From the NCBI GenBank assembly GCA_049518795.1, contig JBEKRK010000002.1, positions 564,146 to 628,145 on the forward strand: 64,000 bases of DNA. The letters run 5' to 3'. This DNA is from Sedimentisphaerales bacterium. GTDB taxonomy: Bacteria > Planctomycetota > Phycisphaerae > Sedimentisphaerales > UBA12454. Each line of letters opens with the position of its first letter. Positions within the stretch are counted from its first letter, which is position 1. The notes beneath the pieces were generated by a model. It searched no databases. It had not been told where the DNA came from and saw only the letters and a list, made by a program, of their open reading frames with translations. The position numbers were made by a program, and so were the translations under genes. Below, piece by piece: positions 18,203 through 28,674 of the stretch.

Positions 18203-18841
18203 ATGAAAAATCGTCTTATAATACTCGTCTTACTGACGCTTCTTATAATCGCATTTACGACGTTTGAGACAAGAGCCAGTTATACGGTGGCAACGTTTTT
18301 CGACCCGGCCCAGACAAATAGCAAATATCCGTTGTTTGATGTTAATTATGCAACTATGAAGCTTACCGGCGGCTGGCCTGACAGCAAAACTGGGTTGACT
18401 CTGCAAATTCCTTGGAGCGGCCATACCTTTTCAAATGCTTGGTTCGAGGTAAAACAGCCGATAGCGCTATCTGCTCCGACAATGGGTTACTGCAGCACCG
18501 GTCCCGGCGAAGTTGATTTTTACAAGGATAACACAAGCACAAATCCGTTATTGATTATCCAATTTGACTACGGCGTTATGTCTCCATCTGGCTTTGGCTC
18601 CAATGATGCATATGCTCTTGCGAATGTGAGAATCACCGGTTCCGAGATAACAGGAACGCTTTCGGATGAAGTATTTGCTTTCAGCTTTGCCAATCGGGCA
18701 TATTTGCCGGGCAGTTCTAAATGGAGTGACGGATGGACCGCTACAGCGTCGTTTACTTCATCGGCGATACCTGAGCCTGCCACTATAGGGCTTCTGTGCA
18801 TGGGTGGGCTGGCTATCCTTAGAAAAAAGAAACGCAGCTAA
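18203..18841 (+). CDS. PEP-CTERM secreted protein (paralog family B)
   Basis: ASYTVATFFDP...MKLTGGWPDSKTGLTLQIP motif. C-terminus IPEPATIGLLCMGGLAILRKKKRS. Confidence 0.85.
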   Translation: MKNRLIILVLLTLLIIAFTTFETRASYTVATFFDPAQTNSKYPLFDVNYATMKLTGGWPDSKTGLTLQIPWSGHTFSNAWFEVKQPIALSAPTMGYCSTGPGEVDFYKDNTSTNPLLIIQFDYGVMSPSGFGSNDAYALANVRITGSEITGTLSDEVFAFSFANRAYLPGSSKWSDGWTATASFTSSAIPEPATIGLLCMGGLAILRKKKRS

Positions 18842-18871
18842 GAAAAAAAAGCAATATCTTTAATATAGGAA

Positions 18872-18899
18872 GGTCGGAAGGAACCGTTCCGGCCTTTTT
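18872..18899 (+). terminator. intrinsic terminator candidate
   Basis: ggtcggaa-ggaaccg-ttccggcc followed by ttttt. Confidence 0.55.
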
Positions 18900-18960
18900 G
18901 CGCACAGTGTGTGGATTTTGGGAGGCGTTACAGAATTATTAAGCCCGAGAACAAACTGTT

Positions 18961-19671
18961 ATGGATAGCAAAAGGTGTATCGTCGGCGAAAAAACTGGCA
19001 AACACCTTTTTTTAGACTTCAAAACAACTTTTTTGTTATTTGCCGCTTTTACAACGACAGTCTCTATCGTTATTGCAAATCCATTAATCCAAAAACAGAC
19101 CTTCTTTAGTGAAATCCCCAATTTTTCAACGTTATTAACATTCGATAAATTTAGCGCCGGCGGGACGCTTGCATCCGTTAGAATAACTATCCAATTACAG
19201 ATAAATGGCGGCACACTTATCATTGACAATGACGGCGATAGCGATGTTTCCGGAACAGTTGAATTCGGCATCTTTGGAAACGCCGATTCAATCGAGGTAA
19301 ACCTGCCTTTACTTGGCAGAGAAGCGTTTTGCAGTCAACCTTTTTATCTTGGTAGTAATGTAGGTGATGGAATAGGTGATTATGACCCTTCACCGCCTGA
19401 TGGGATGCAATTTACAGGCGGCAGTAACAGCGGCACTGTATCAGCATTCGTTGAGGATAAGTTTTTGAATAATTATATCGGCACAGGAACATACAACATC
19501 GCCGTTGGTATTATACAATTGGTTAATTGCGACAATACAAATATTGAATATTCTATTGTAACGCCTATCACAACCAGCGGTTTTATTGAGGTGGCTTACA
19601 ATGTTCCCGAACCGGCAACGATTTGCCTGCTGGCAGTTGGGGCTTGGACGCTTCTGAAAAGAAAAGGTTAA
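18961..19671 (+). CDS. PEP-CTERM secreted protein
   Basis: Hydrophobic N-terminus. C-terminus VPEPATICLLAVGAWTLLKRKG. The N-terminal FxxFxxxxGTLxSVxI motif resembles that of 16269..16913. Confidence 0.8.
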   Translation: MDSKRCIVGEKTGKHLFLDFKTTFLLFAAFTTTVSIVIANPLIQKQTFFSEIPNFSTLLTFDKFSAGGTLASVRITIQLQINGGTLIIDNDGDSDVSGTVEFGIFGNADSIEVNLPLLGREAFCSQPFYLGSNVGDGIGDYDPSPPDGMQFTGGSNSGTVSAFVEDKFLNNYIGTGTYNIAVGIIQLVNCDNTNIEYSIVTPITTSGFIEVAYNVPEPATICLLAVGAWTLLKRKG

Positions 19672-20099
19672 TTGTGAGAGAAGATTTTGCTGAAAAAGCC
19701 CTGTTTGCCATTGTGTTTGCCGTGGACTTTTTCGAGATGCTTAAGCACCATTTCAGGCACTTCATAAGCCTTGAAGGGTTTTACGATATAATCGACAGCG
19801 CCTTTCCTGATGGCAAGGTCGATGTCTTTTGAGTCTTCCTTGGATGTGAGCATAAAGACCGGTATGTGCATTGTGTCGCCGTTGCGTTTAAGCTCTTCCA
19901 AAACCTCCATACCATCCATTTCAGGCATCATCCAGTCCAGCAGTATGACGTCAATCTTTTTGGTCTTCGCGATGTCAAGACCGTCTAAACCTGAGGCAGC
20001 GGCAAAAACCTCAAAACCTTTGTTTGAAAGGGCGTTCTGCAAAAGCGTCCTTATCATCGTGTCATCGTCAATTACTAAAATTTTTATAAGTTGCTGCAT
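19668..20099 (-). CDS. stand-alone response regulator receiver (CheY-like)
   Basis: ILVIDDD...DVILLDWMMPEMDGMEVL...TSK receiver motifs; no output domain. Confidence 0.85.
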   Translation of the reverse strand: MQQLIKILVIDDDTMIRTLLQNALSNKGFEVFAAASGLDGLDIAKTKKIDVILLDWMMPEMDGMEVLEELKRNGDTMHIPVFMLTSKEDSKDIDLAIRKGAVDYIVKPFKAYEVPEMVLKHLEKVHGKHNGKQGFFSKIFSHN

Positions 20100-20299
20100 A
20101 ATATCACTCTCTCTAATTAATCCGGGCTGTTTGCGATATTGACATAAATTCGCTATGGGGTTATAAAAAACGGTGCAAAATACAGCATTTAAGAGGGAGA
20201 TTCTATGCCGAGTCCTATAAAGATGCAGATAAGTCTGAAATCATTTTTCGTTGATTGAAGAGAGGTTTTAGATTAAAATGCCTCCTTTTAAGGGCATTT

Positions 20300-21508
20300 A
20301 TGACGGAAAATATTAAGACACAAGTTGAGCAGCTTAAACGCGGCACTGTTGAGATATTCAACGAAAATGAGCTTGCCGAGCGGCTTGCCGAGGCGGCAAA
20401 GGAAAAACGCCAGCTCCGAATCAAGCTTGGTATGGATCCAACCGCGCCGGATATTCATCTTGGACATACCGTTGTTATGCGAAAGATGAGGCAGTTTCAG
20501 GATATGGGGCATAAAGCCGTCCTCATTATAGGCGATTACACCGCCCGTATTGGCGACCCGACAGGACAAAATATGACAAGGCCGATTTTATCGCCTGAAC
20601 AAATTGAAAAAAACGCAAAGACTTATCTTGAGCAGGCGGGGAAAATTCTCGATACTTCAAAAGATAAACTTGAAGTCCGACATAACAGCCAATGGCTCGA
20701 AAAAATGAGTCTTATGGAACTTATACAGCTTGCCGCTAAAAAAACAGTCGCGCAAATGCTTGCCAGAGACAGTTTCAAACAGAGATTACAAAATGATATT
20801 GACGTTTATACTCACGAATTTATTTACCCTCTTATGCAGGGATACGATTCTGTGGTAATAAAAAGCGACGTCGAACTTGGCGGAACAGACCAGACATTCA
20901 ACAACCTTGTAGGCAGGGACATTCAGCGGGCATACGGCCAAAAGGCGCAGATTGTAATTACAATGCCTATACTTGTCGGGCTTGACGGCAAAGAAAAAAT
21001 GAGCAAATCGAAAGGCAATTATATCGGCGTAACCGAAAAGCCAAAAAATATGTTCGGCAAAATAATGAGCATAAGCGACGATATGATGGAAAATTATTGG
21101 ACGCTTCTGACTGATATCCCGGCCGACAAAATTAAAGAGCTTGTCAATCCGCAAAAAACGCATCCAAAACAGGCAAAGGTGCTTTTGGCCAAGACTATAA
21201 TAAAGCAGTTTTATGACGAATCTGCTGCCGAGCAGGCCGCCAGTGAATTTGAAAAAGTCTTTGCGCAAAAGCAAATGCCGCAGGATATGCCTGAAGTTAA
21301 AATTTCCGCTGAACCAATAACGGCAGCGAAACTGCTTTTGGCTTGTAATCTTGTCGCAACCGGCGGCGAGGCAAAAAGGCTTATCGTCGGCGGGGGACTA
21401 ACGATAAACGGCGAAAAAATAACAGACCCGAATAAAGCGATAACGCCGGCAAATGGAATGATTGTCCGCGCCGGGAAACTTAAATTTGCAAAATTAGCGG
21501 TTAATTAA
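20300..21508 (+). CDS. tyrS: tyrosine--tRNA ligase
   Basis: HIGH-type PDIHLGH motif, KMSKS motif and a C-terminal S4-like domain. Start set at ATG 20300 (MTENIK); the track ORF begins at 20255. Confidence 0.9.
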   Translation: MTENIKTQVEQLKRGTVEIFNENELAERLAEAAKEKRQLRIKLGMDPTAPDIHLGHTVVMRKMRQFQDMGHKAVLIIGDYTARIGDPTGQNMTRPILSPEQIEKNAKTYLEQAGKILDTSKDKLEVRHNSQWLEKMSLMELIQLAAKKTVAQMLARDSFKQRLQNDIDVYTHEFIYPLMQGYDSVVIKSDVELGGTDQTFNNLVGRDIQRAYGQKAQIVITMPILVGLDGKEKMSKSKGNYIGVTEKPKNMFGKIMSISDDMMENYWTLLTDIPADKIKELVNPQKTHPKQAKVLLAKTIIKQFYDESAAEQAASEFEKVFAQKQMPQDMPEVKISAEPITAAKLLLACNLVATGGEAKRLIVGGGLTINGEKITDPNKAITPANGMIVRAGKLKFAKLAVN

Positions 21509-22090
21509 ATGAAACTACCTGAAATAAAAAATCCGGATAGGTATGTTGACCTTTATGTTGTTGACTTCGGCGACCATAGCGGAGTCGGTTTTACCGCTGA
21601 TGAAGTTGCAGAACTGCTGGAAAGCGAGCAATTCAAAGACGTGAAAGCATATAGAATCTATAAGGCTTATCCAGACGGCAAAATGGAATTGGAAGGAGTG
21701 CCGAGCGGGATTTTCCAGCTTGAGGCGGGAATGTTTTTCTATGAGATTGAGAAAGGTGCCGCTCAAGACGATTATAAAAAACTGATAAACTCCGCTGTCG
21801 CAAACACACCGCCCATAAGAGCAAAGGTTCATCTTGCAAAATACAGCGATGAAAAATTTGTTACCGCGATAATTTTCCCTGCTGAATATAAAGACCAGTT
21901 CAGCAAATGGCTGCTTGATATTGATTATAAAACAGCCGGGCCTGCAGAAGGGGGAATTGAAGCGGCCAAGCGATATTACGCAGATAAGCCGGAGATACTA
22001 GAAAGACATCAATTATTCGGTCAACAAAAATTTGAAAGTTTGACCGGAACGGAACTTTTGGCAGCGACGAAAAAAGCGGTTGTCCGATGA
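21509..22090 (+). CDS. hypothetical protein
   Basis: 193-aa ORF starting immediately after the tyrS stop (TAAATG). Confidence 0.6.
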   Translation: MKLPEIKNPDRYVDLYVVDFGDHSGVGFTADEVAELLESEQFKDVKAYRIYKAYPDGKMELEGVPSGIFQLEAGMFFYEIEKGAAQDDYKKLINSAVANTPPIRAKVHLAKYSDEKFVTAIIFPAEYKDQFSKWLLDIDYKTAGPAEGGIEAAKRYYADKPEILERHQLFGQQKFESLTGTELLAATKKAVVR

Positions 22091-22287
22091 GAATTGAAGA
22101 TTTAAAATTGAAGATTGAAAATTACGGAATTTCTTTCTTGTTATTTATTTCTTCTTTATTCAAAAGAAAAGCAACATCAGCGGATTTGAAAAAGATGGAA
22201 TTTTCGACTTCAACGCAAAAAATGGGGGTTAGTTTCACGGATAAAATGAGGGATATTTTCCGCCATAAATGGATAAAAAAAGCATAG
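22087..22287 (+). CDS. small hypothetical protein (doubtful)
   Basis: 66-aa ORF with ATGA overlap to the upstream gene. The first 13 codons are encoded by a dispersed attgaagattgaaaatt repeat. Confidence 0.3.
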   Translation: MRIEDLKLKIENYGISFLLFISSLFKRKATSADLKKMEFSTSTQKMGVSFTDKMRDIFRHKWIKKA

Positions 22288-22359
22288 AAATTAATTTTTT
22301 TCTTTTATTTGTTTTTGAAATTTTGTATATTCAAATTTAGTAACTTATTCATTTTCAGC

Positions 22360-22410
22360 GCCGAACAAGTTATTATCTTTTTAGATATTAGCTTGTTCGG
22401 CAATTTTTTA
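22360..22410 (+). terminator. long hairpin plus T-tract
   Basis: gccgaacaag (22360-22369) pairs with cttgttcggc (22392-22401), followed by aattttttagg. Confidence 0.5.
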
Positions 22411-25400
22411 GGCGTTTTTGCCGTGGCATTTCTTGTATTTTTTGCCTGAGCCGCAGGGGCAGGGGTCGTTTCTGCCGACCTTTGGCTGCTCAAGAACTAT
22501 CTGCTTAACCTTTGTCGCTTCGCCTTGCGGGGCCTGAGCCGCTGCACGCTGGCGCTCGGCCATTTCAAACTGGCTGACCTCTTCGTGTTTTGTCTGGCCT
22601 GCCTGCCAGACGTTTCTTGCCCTTGTGCCTGCCTCAAGACGAACCTTGAAAATAACATCGGTAACTTTATCCTCAACAGAGTCGAGCATCTCGCTGAACA
22701 TCCTGAAGCCTTCCTGCTTGAACTCGATTTTCGGGTCTTTTTCTGCGTAAGCCCGCATAAAGATGCTTTCCTTCAAATGGTCCATCGCATACAAATGGTC
22801 TTTCCAGACGGAATCGAATATCTGCAGAAGGACGTATCGTTCAAGCTCTGTCAGCTCGCTTCGCAGGAAATCTTTACCGGCAGAAAGCAGTTTTTCCTTT
22901 GCGATTTGCTTGTCTTCAAGTTCGGCAGAGTCGATTGCCGCATTGAATCGCTGCTTTGCCCATTCGGCAAGAGAATCGGGATTTGAGCCGGCAAGTTTTT
23001 CATCAATCTCTTTTTCCAAACCTGTTTTATGATAATCTTCGCTGATTTTCATCAAATAGCTGTGAACATCGCGAGGCGAAGTGTTTTGGAGGAAAGAAGT
23101 GGATAATTCAGTGCCGAATTTTTCGTTCACCCATTTGGCAAGATTATCGAAGGCGTAAATATTCACGCTGTCGCCCCGGTAGGTTATGCTCATCGCAAAT
23201 TCGATGGGGTATTCAATTTCCCGGCGGGCATATCCGGCCCGAATTTGCCCGGAAAGCTCTTGCTCGATCTGGTCGGGCTTTAAGGTTTTAAGCCGATTTG
23301 CATCGAGCCGGACAGTGAATTTGTTGCCTGCCCAGTTTACAAACGATTTAACCCCAAAATCAGGGTCGAGAAACTCAATCAGTATAGCACAATCTTTCTT
23401 ATCAATCTGCTGGGCTGAAGAATCAATTAAGTTTTGCTGGATTTCTTCAGCGGTCATCTGCCTGATTTTGCTGCCGGAGAGCTGGACACTGTATGCACTC
23501 ATCGCCCATTTGCACAGGTCTTCAATGTTCCAGGTGCTTTTGTCCTCATAATCTTCCAGATATTCTCCGAGCGTAACAGAGATATTATTTGCCGCTTCGT
23601 TTTTCGCGGTTTTCTTTATAAGCTCTTCGATTTGCTCAACAGTAAGGCCGTTAAGGCGTTTGGGGTTTATGTCCACGCCGAAAGTTGTTCTTGCCCATTC
23701 AGCGATACAAACATAAGGATAGCCTTCTTTGAGCATATCGACGCAGGCCTTTTCGACAACCGATTTAATCATTTCAGTTATCATTTCCTTAAGGCCTGCG
23801 CCTTCGATTATCTGTCTTCGGCGCGAATAAAAGATTTTCCTCTGATAATCCATCACCTCATCGTAATCGAGCAGGCTTTTGCGGGCTTCGAAGTTCCGCT
23901 GCTCGACTTTTTTCTGCGCCTTTTCAATGCCTTTGCTTATCCTGCCGTGCTGGATAGGCATACCCTCTTCCCAGCCGACCCAGGAAAGAGCCTTTACCGT
24001 CCATTCAGGAGAAAAGATTTTCAAAAGGTCATCTTCGAAACATAAAAAGAACTGGCTTGAGCCTGCGTCACCCTGTCTGCCGGAGCGACCACGAAGCTGA
24101 TTGTCGATTCTTCTTGCCTCGTGGCGTTCTGTGCCGAGTATGTGCAGGCCGCCGATTTGAGCTACGCCGGGGCCGAGTTTAATATCCGTGCCGCGGCCTG
24201 CCATATTTGTAGCGATGGTAACATTGCCGCAGGTTTTTCCCAGCCGGTCGGTATGCTGATGGCCTGCCTTTTCGACAATAAGAGCCTCTCTTGCGTGCTG
24301 CTTTGCGTTTAAGACTTCGTGCTCTATGCCGTATTTTCTTGTGAGGGCATTGGAAATGGCCTCGCTTTTTTCGACGCTTATCGTGCCGACGAGGACCGGC
24401 CTACCGGCAGAGCTTATATCGTGAATTTCCTCGACAATAGCGTTGAATTTTTCGCCCATAGATTTGTAAATCATATCGTCAGAGTCTTGGCGAATGCAGG
24501 GCTGGTTGGTAGGAATGGTAACAACTTCGAGTTTGTATATCTGCATAAACTCATCTGCTTCAGTCGCGGCTGTTCCGGTCATTCCCGCAATCTGGTCATA
24601 TAGACGGAAGAAATTCTGCAGAGTGATTGTCGCAAGGGTCTGCGATTCCTCTTTTATCGTAACATTTTCTTTGGCTTCGACAGCTTGATGAAGACCGTCC
24701 GACCATTGTCTGCCGTGCATAAGACGGCCGGTAAATTCGTCAACAATTACGACCTTACCGTCCATAACGACATAGTCTTTTTCCTTTTCAAAGACTATGT
24801 GCGCCCGCAGAGACTGCTGCAAAAGATGAGGCCAATCCATATTGGAGCCTGCAAAGAAAGAACCTACACCTGCAAGCTCCTGTGCGGCGGCCAGACCATT
24901 GCCATCGTGGTCGAAACGGACTTGCTTATGGTCGTATTCGACCTCATAATACTGCTTTGCCGCTGCAAGACGAGGTTCGAGAGATTCAATTTCCGAACGC
25001 CCCTTTTCGGAAACCTGCCGTGCTTTCTGCATACGGCCGTCGTCTTTTGCCTTCTTCGCTTCTGAAAGCTCGCCTTCGGCGTTTGCAACTGTCCTTTGTG
25101 CCGAGTCTAACTGCTGTTTTATACGGTCGTAGCCGCTTTGCATATTTATAATCTGTCTTGCGACGGCATCTGCTTTTTTATACCTGCTGACGTCATCGAA
25201 AGCGGGGCCGGAGATAATCAGCGGCGTTCGGGCCTCGTCAATGAGAATTGAGTCAACCTCATCAATGATGGCGTATTCGAGCGGCCCCTGTGCAAGCTGC
25301 TCTTTATGCAGTTTCATATTGTCGCGCAGATAGTCGAAACCGAATTCGTTATTTGTGCCGTAAGTTACATCGCAGGCATATTGAGCTTTGCGTTCATTGC

Positions 25401-25905
25401 CAATGGTGTCCATATCGGCCTGAATGGCGCCGACTGACAATCCCAGAGATTTGTAAATCGGGCCCATCCATTCGGAGTCGCGTTTGGCCAGATAATCGTT
25501 GACGGTAACAATATGCACCTTTCTTCCCGTAAGATAAACAAGATATGCGGCAAGAGTAGCAACAAGAGTTTTTCCTTCACCGGTCGCCATTTCAGCGATT
25601 TTGCCGTCATAGAGGACATTGCCGCCGATAAGCTGCACATCGAAATGACGCATATTAACGTTTCGCCTTGCTGCCTCGCGAACTACAGCAAAAGCTTCGG
25701 GAAGGATTTGCTGGGGACTTTCGCCCTGGGCAAGACGGTTTTTAAACCCAGCCGTTTTATCCTTTAGGGCGCTGTCGTCAAGGGTTTTTAGCTGCTCTTC
25801 AAATTCACCTGCTTCGAGAGCAATGCGCATATAGCCTTTAACGAGCCTTTCGTTGCGTGAGCCGAAAAGCTTAAGTAAAAACTTGCTTATTGTGCTGCCT
25901 GTCAT
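22408..25905 (-). CDS. secA: preprotein translocase ATPase SecA (long form, 1165 aa)
   Basis: [11 protein letters not shown] Walker [28 protein letters not shown], and a C-terminal zinc motif [14 protein letters not shown]. Confidence 0.95.
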   Translation of the reverse strand: MTGSTISKFLLKLFGSRNERLVKGYMRIALEAGEFEEQLKTLDDSALKDKTAGFKNRLAQGESPQQILPEAFAVVREAARRNVNMRHFDVQLIGGNVLYDGKIAEMATGEGKTLVATLAAYLVYLTGRKVHIVTVNDYLAKRDSEWMGPIYKSLGLSVGAIQADMDTIGNERKAQYACDVTYGTNNEFGFDYLRDNMKLHKEQLAQGPLEYAIIDEVDSILIDEARTPLIISGPAFDDVSRYKKADAVARQIINMQSGYDRIKQQLDSAQRTVANAEGELSEAKKAKDDGRMQKARQVSEKGRSEIESLEPRLAAAKQYYEVEYDHKQVRFDHDGNGLAAAQELAGVGSFFAGSNMDWPHLLQQSLRAHIVFEKEKDYVVMDGKVVIVDEFTGRLMHGRQWSDGLHQAVEAKENVTIKEESQTLATITLQNFFRLYDQIAGMTGTAATEADEFMQIYKLEVVTIPTNQPCIRQDSDDMIYKSMGEKFNAIVEEIHDISSAGRPVLVGTISVEKSEAISNALTRKYGIEHEVLNAKQHAREALIVEKAGHQHTDRLGKTCGNVTIATNMAGRGTDIKLGPGVAQIGGLHILGTERHEARRIDNQLRGRSGRQGDAGSSQFFLCFEDDLLKIFSPEWTVKALSWVGWEEGMPIQHGRISKGIEKAQKKVEQRNFEARKSLLDYDEVMDYQRKIFYSRRRQIIEGAGLKEMITEMIKSVVEKACVDMLKEGYPYVCIAEWARTTFGVDINPKRLNGLTVEQIEELIKKTAKNEAANNISVTLGEYLEDYEDKSTWNIEDLCKWAMSAYSVQLSGSKIRQMTAEEIQQNLIDSSAQQIDKKDCAILIEFLDPDFGVKSFVNWAGNKFTVRLDANRLKTLKPDQIEQELSGQIRAGYARREIEYPIEFAMSITYRGDSVNIYAFDNLAKWVNEKFGTELSTSFLQNTSPRDVHSYLMKISEDYHKTGLEKEIDEKLAGSNPDSLAEWAKQRFNAAIDSAELEDKQIAKEKLLSAGKDFLRSELTELERYVLLQIFDSVWKDHLYAMDHLKESIFMRAYAEKDPKIEFKQEGFRMFSEMLDSVEDKVTDVIFKVRLEAGTRARNVWQAGQTKHEEVSQFEMAERQRAAAQAPQGEATKVKQIVLEQPKVGRNDPCPCGSGKKYKKCHGKNA

Positions 25906-26118
25906 AAATAAATTCTAAAAAGTTACAAAAATGTAGCATTCCAGTATCCCAGAAAAAAACAGAAAGTCAACCCCGCACCTATTTTGAAGATTCCATTAGC
26001 GCTTTTATCTGTTTTCGCCTTCTTTCCTGAAATTCCTGCTCTGACATTCGCATTTTCAGAATAAAAATAGGTACGGGGTTGCATTTAAAACACTTATTAA
26101 TTATATTACATTTGCCTC

Positions 26119-26185
26119 TCCGCCTTTGGCCCGGCCTCGCCTTCGGCGAGAGCCGAGGCGGGCGAGACCTCGCTCGCTGGCGGGG
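26119..26185. repeat. composite/nested family-1 palindromic repeat, intergenic
   Basis: tccgcctttggcccggcctcgccttcggcgagagccgaggcgggcgagacctcgctcgctggcgggg. Confidence 0.75.
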
Positions 26186-26235
26186 TTGTTTGGTGAGGCC
26201 GCTAACTGATTAACTCCAGATTGACAGGTGAAGAA

Positions 26236-27630
26236 ATGGCAGATGCTGTAACGCCCGAAATTGAAGGAATAGTGCCTGAAAAGACACCCAAAGACCCGTT
26301 TTTGACGGAATTGGCAAGGCTTGCAAAGCAGAATAACAAGATTGAGCCTGAGCTATTCGAAAAATTCGATGTCAAGCGAGGCCTTCGCAATTCGGACGGC
26401 ACGGGAGTCCTTGTCGGCCTTACCGAAATCGGCGACGTCCACGGCTATATCATCAGCGAAAAAGAAAAAGTGGCCGTGGCCGGCAGGTTAAGATACCGCG
26501 GTATGGAAATAGAAGATATAGTTGCCGGCTTTCAAAAAGAAAAAAGGCACGGTTTTGAAGAGACCGCTTATCTTCTGCTGTTCGGCGAGCTGCCGAAGAA
26601 AAAAGATTTGACGAAATTTTGTCGTCTTTTAGGCAAAAACAGAGTTTTGCCGGAAGGCTTTGCCGAGAATATGATTCTTAAAGCGCCGAGCAATAATGTG
26701 ATGAACAAGCTGGCGCGGAGCGTTCTGGCTGCCTATTCTTACGATAAAACGCCGGAAGAACGGTCGATAAAAAATATTCTTCGCCAGTGTATAGGATTGA
26801 TTGCCCGGTTTCCGACTTTTGCCGCTTACGGCTATCAGGCCAAGTCCCATTATTATGACGGCGAGAGCCTGTATTTGCATTCTCCGGACGAAAAACTTTC
26901 AACCGCGGAAAACTTTCTGCTGATGACAAGGCCGGACAAAAAATATACGAAAACAGAAGCTGATTTGCTCGACCTTTGCCTTGTTCTGCACGCTGACCAC
27001 GGCGGCGGAAACAACTCAACTTTTGTCGCTCACGTCGTTACCTCTTCGGATACCGATGTTTATTCGTCCGTTGCAGCCGCTATCGGCTCGCTGAAAGGCA
27101 ATAAACACGGCGGAGCGAATATCCGGGTTATTCAAATGATGGACAATATAAAGCAGAACGTCAAAAATCTGGAAAGCGAAGGACAGGTCGCCGATTATCT
27201 GGCGAAGATTGTCAGAAAAGAGGCGTTTGACGGTTCAGGTCTGATTTATGGTTTGGGACACGCGGTTTATACAATTTCAGACCCGCGAACCGAGCTTTTG
27301 AAAAAACAGGCGGCAAGACTTGCAAAGGAAAAAGACCTTGATTGGGAGTTTGAATTTTATTCCCTGGTTGAAAGGCTGGCGCCGGCAGTTTTTCAGGAAG
27401 TCAAAAAATCTCAAAAGAAAGTTTGTCCCAATGTGGATTTTTATTCCGGTTTTGTTTACAGAATGCTCGGTATTCCTACCGAATTATATACTCCGATTTT
27501 CGCGATAGCGAGAATCGCCGGCTGGTGTGCACATATTATTGAAGAAAACGTTAGCGGCGGACGAATAATGAGACCGGCATATAAAAGCGTTGCTGAAAAA
27601 AGAGAATATATACCGACTTCAAAAAGATAA
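26236..27630 (+). CDS. gltA: citrate synthase
   Basis: LHADHGGGNNSTF, GLGHAVY and NVDFYSG motifs. Start set at ATG 26236 (MADAV); the track ORF begins at TTG 26221. Confidence 0.9.
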   Translation: MADAVTPEIEGIVPEKTPKDPFLTELARLAKQNNKIEPELFEKFDVKRGLRNSDGTGVLVGLTEIGDVHGYIISEKEKVAVAGRLRYRGMEIEDIVAGFQKEKRHGFEETAYLLLFGELPKKKDLTKFCRLLGKNRVLPEGFAENMILKAPSNNVMNKLARSVLAAYSYDKTPEERSIKNILRQCIGLIARFPTFAAYGYQAKSHYYDGESLYLHSPDEKLSTAENFLLMTRPDKKYTKTEADLLDLCLVLHADHGGGNNSTFVAHVVTSSDTDVYSSVAAAIGSLKGNKHGGANIRVIQMMDNIKQNVKNLESEGQVADYLAKIVRKEAFDGSGLIYGLGHAVYTISDPRTELLKKQAARLAKEKDLDWEFEFYSLVERLAPAVFQEVKKSQKKVCPNVDFYSGFVYRMLGIPTELYTPIFAIARIAGWCAHIIEENVSGGRIMRPAYKSVAEKREYIPTSKR

Positions 27631-27667
27631 TTTGAAATCTCAAATTTGAAATTTCAAATTTCAGAAG
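27631..27667. repeat. family-4 repeat (TTTGAGATTTGAAATTTCAGAAG type) between convergent genes, possible bidirectional terminator
   Basis: tttgaaatctcaaatttgaaatttcaaatttcagaag fills the whole gltA/trxB gap. Confidence 0.7.
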
Positions 27668-28663
27668 TTACCATTCGCTCGGCATAAGGGCGTCTGAAAT
27701 CGGTTTTTTCCACCAGGCAGGGTCTCTTAGATACTGCTTTGTCATCATCGCTGCGTTCACGCCGTCGCCGACAGCGGTTGCGAGCTGCATAGCCGCCGCT
27801 ACCCGGCAGTCGCCGGCGACAAAAACACCCGGCACTTTTGTCCGCAGAAAGCCGACATCGCATTTGATGAAGCCCGCCTCGGTAAGGTCGAGAAACCCCT
27901 TAAAAAATGAGGTATTCGGGACTGTTCCGACAAAAATAAAAATGCCGTCACAGGACACGGTATCTTGGGCTTCTGTTTGGATGTTTTTGAGCCAGACTTT
28001 TTCCACTTTTTTATCGCCTTCAATAGCGACAACGACAGTATCTAATTTTAATCTAAAATTACTGTTGGGACTATTTACCTTGTTCATTAGCTCTTCAACA
28101 AGGACTTTTGTCGCTCTGAATTCCTGCCGCCGATGAACAAGTGTCAATTCTGACGCGAATTTTGCAACGTGCAGTGATTCTTCAACAGCGGTATTTCCGC
28201 CGCCGACGGTAACAACCTTTTTGCCTTTGAAAAAAGGAGCATCGCAGATTCCGCAATAACTCACGCCGGCGCCTGCGTTTCTGAATTTATCTTCGCCCGG
28301 CACTCCGAGTTTTCGATAATCGCTGCCGCAGGCGATAATCACCGACCGGCCAACAAAACTTTCTTTATCGCAATTGACCTGTATATTGCCGTCCGCAAGA
28401 CGGACAAGTTTTTTTACTTCACAGCCGAGTTTAAATTCAGCGCCGAAATTTTCCGCCTGCTTTTTCATTTTTTCAATCAAATCCGAACCTGAAATATTTT
28501 CATAGCCGGGGTAATTTTCGATTCTATCGGTATTTATTATTTGGCCGCCGGGGTAGAATTTTTCGAGGATAACTGTTCTTAATCGGTCTCTTGCGTTATA
28601 GAGCGCTGCTGCAAGGCCGGCGGGGCCTGCGCCTATGATGATGGAATCATATAAACCAGTCAT
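27668..28663 (-). CDS. trxB: thioredoxin-disulfide reductase-like flavoprotein
   Basis: [11 protein letters not shown] motif, [15 protein letters not shown] motif, GVFVAGD. The redox motif reads CGIC rather than the usual CATC/CAVC. Confidence 0.8.
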   Translation of the reverse strand: MTGLYDSIIIGAGPAGLAAALYNARDRLRTVILEKFYPGGQIINTDRIENYPGYENISGSDLIEKMKKQAENFGAEFKLGCEVKKLVRLADGNIQVNCDKESFVGRSVIIACGSDYRKLGVPGEDKFRNAGAGVSYCGICDAPFFKGKKVVTVGGGNTAVEESLHVAKFASELTLVHRRQEFRATKVLVEELMNKVNSPNSNFRLKLDTVVVAIEGDKKVEKVWLKNIQTEAQDTVSCDGIFIFVGTVPNTSFFKGFLDLTEAGFIKCDVGFLRTKVPGVFVAGDCRVAAAMQLATAVGDGVNAAMMTKQYLRDPAWWKKPISDALMPSEW

Positions 28664-28674
28664 TTTTTATCCCC

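Noticed and set aside
22408-25905. About 15 ORFs of 60-200 aa on both strands within secA.
   Set aside because: All are nested in or antisense to a full-length, motif-rich SecA frame, and none has independent support.
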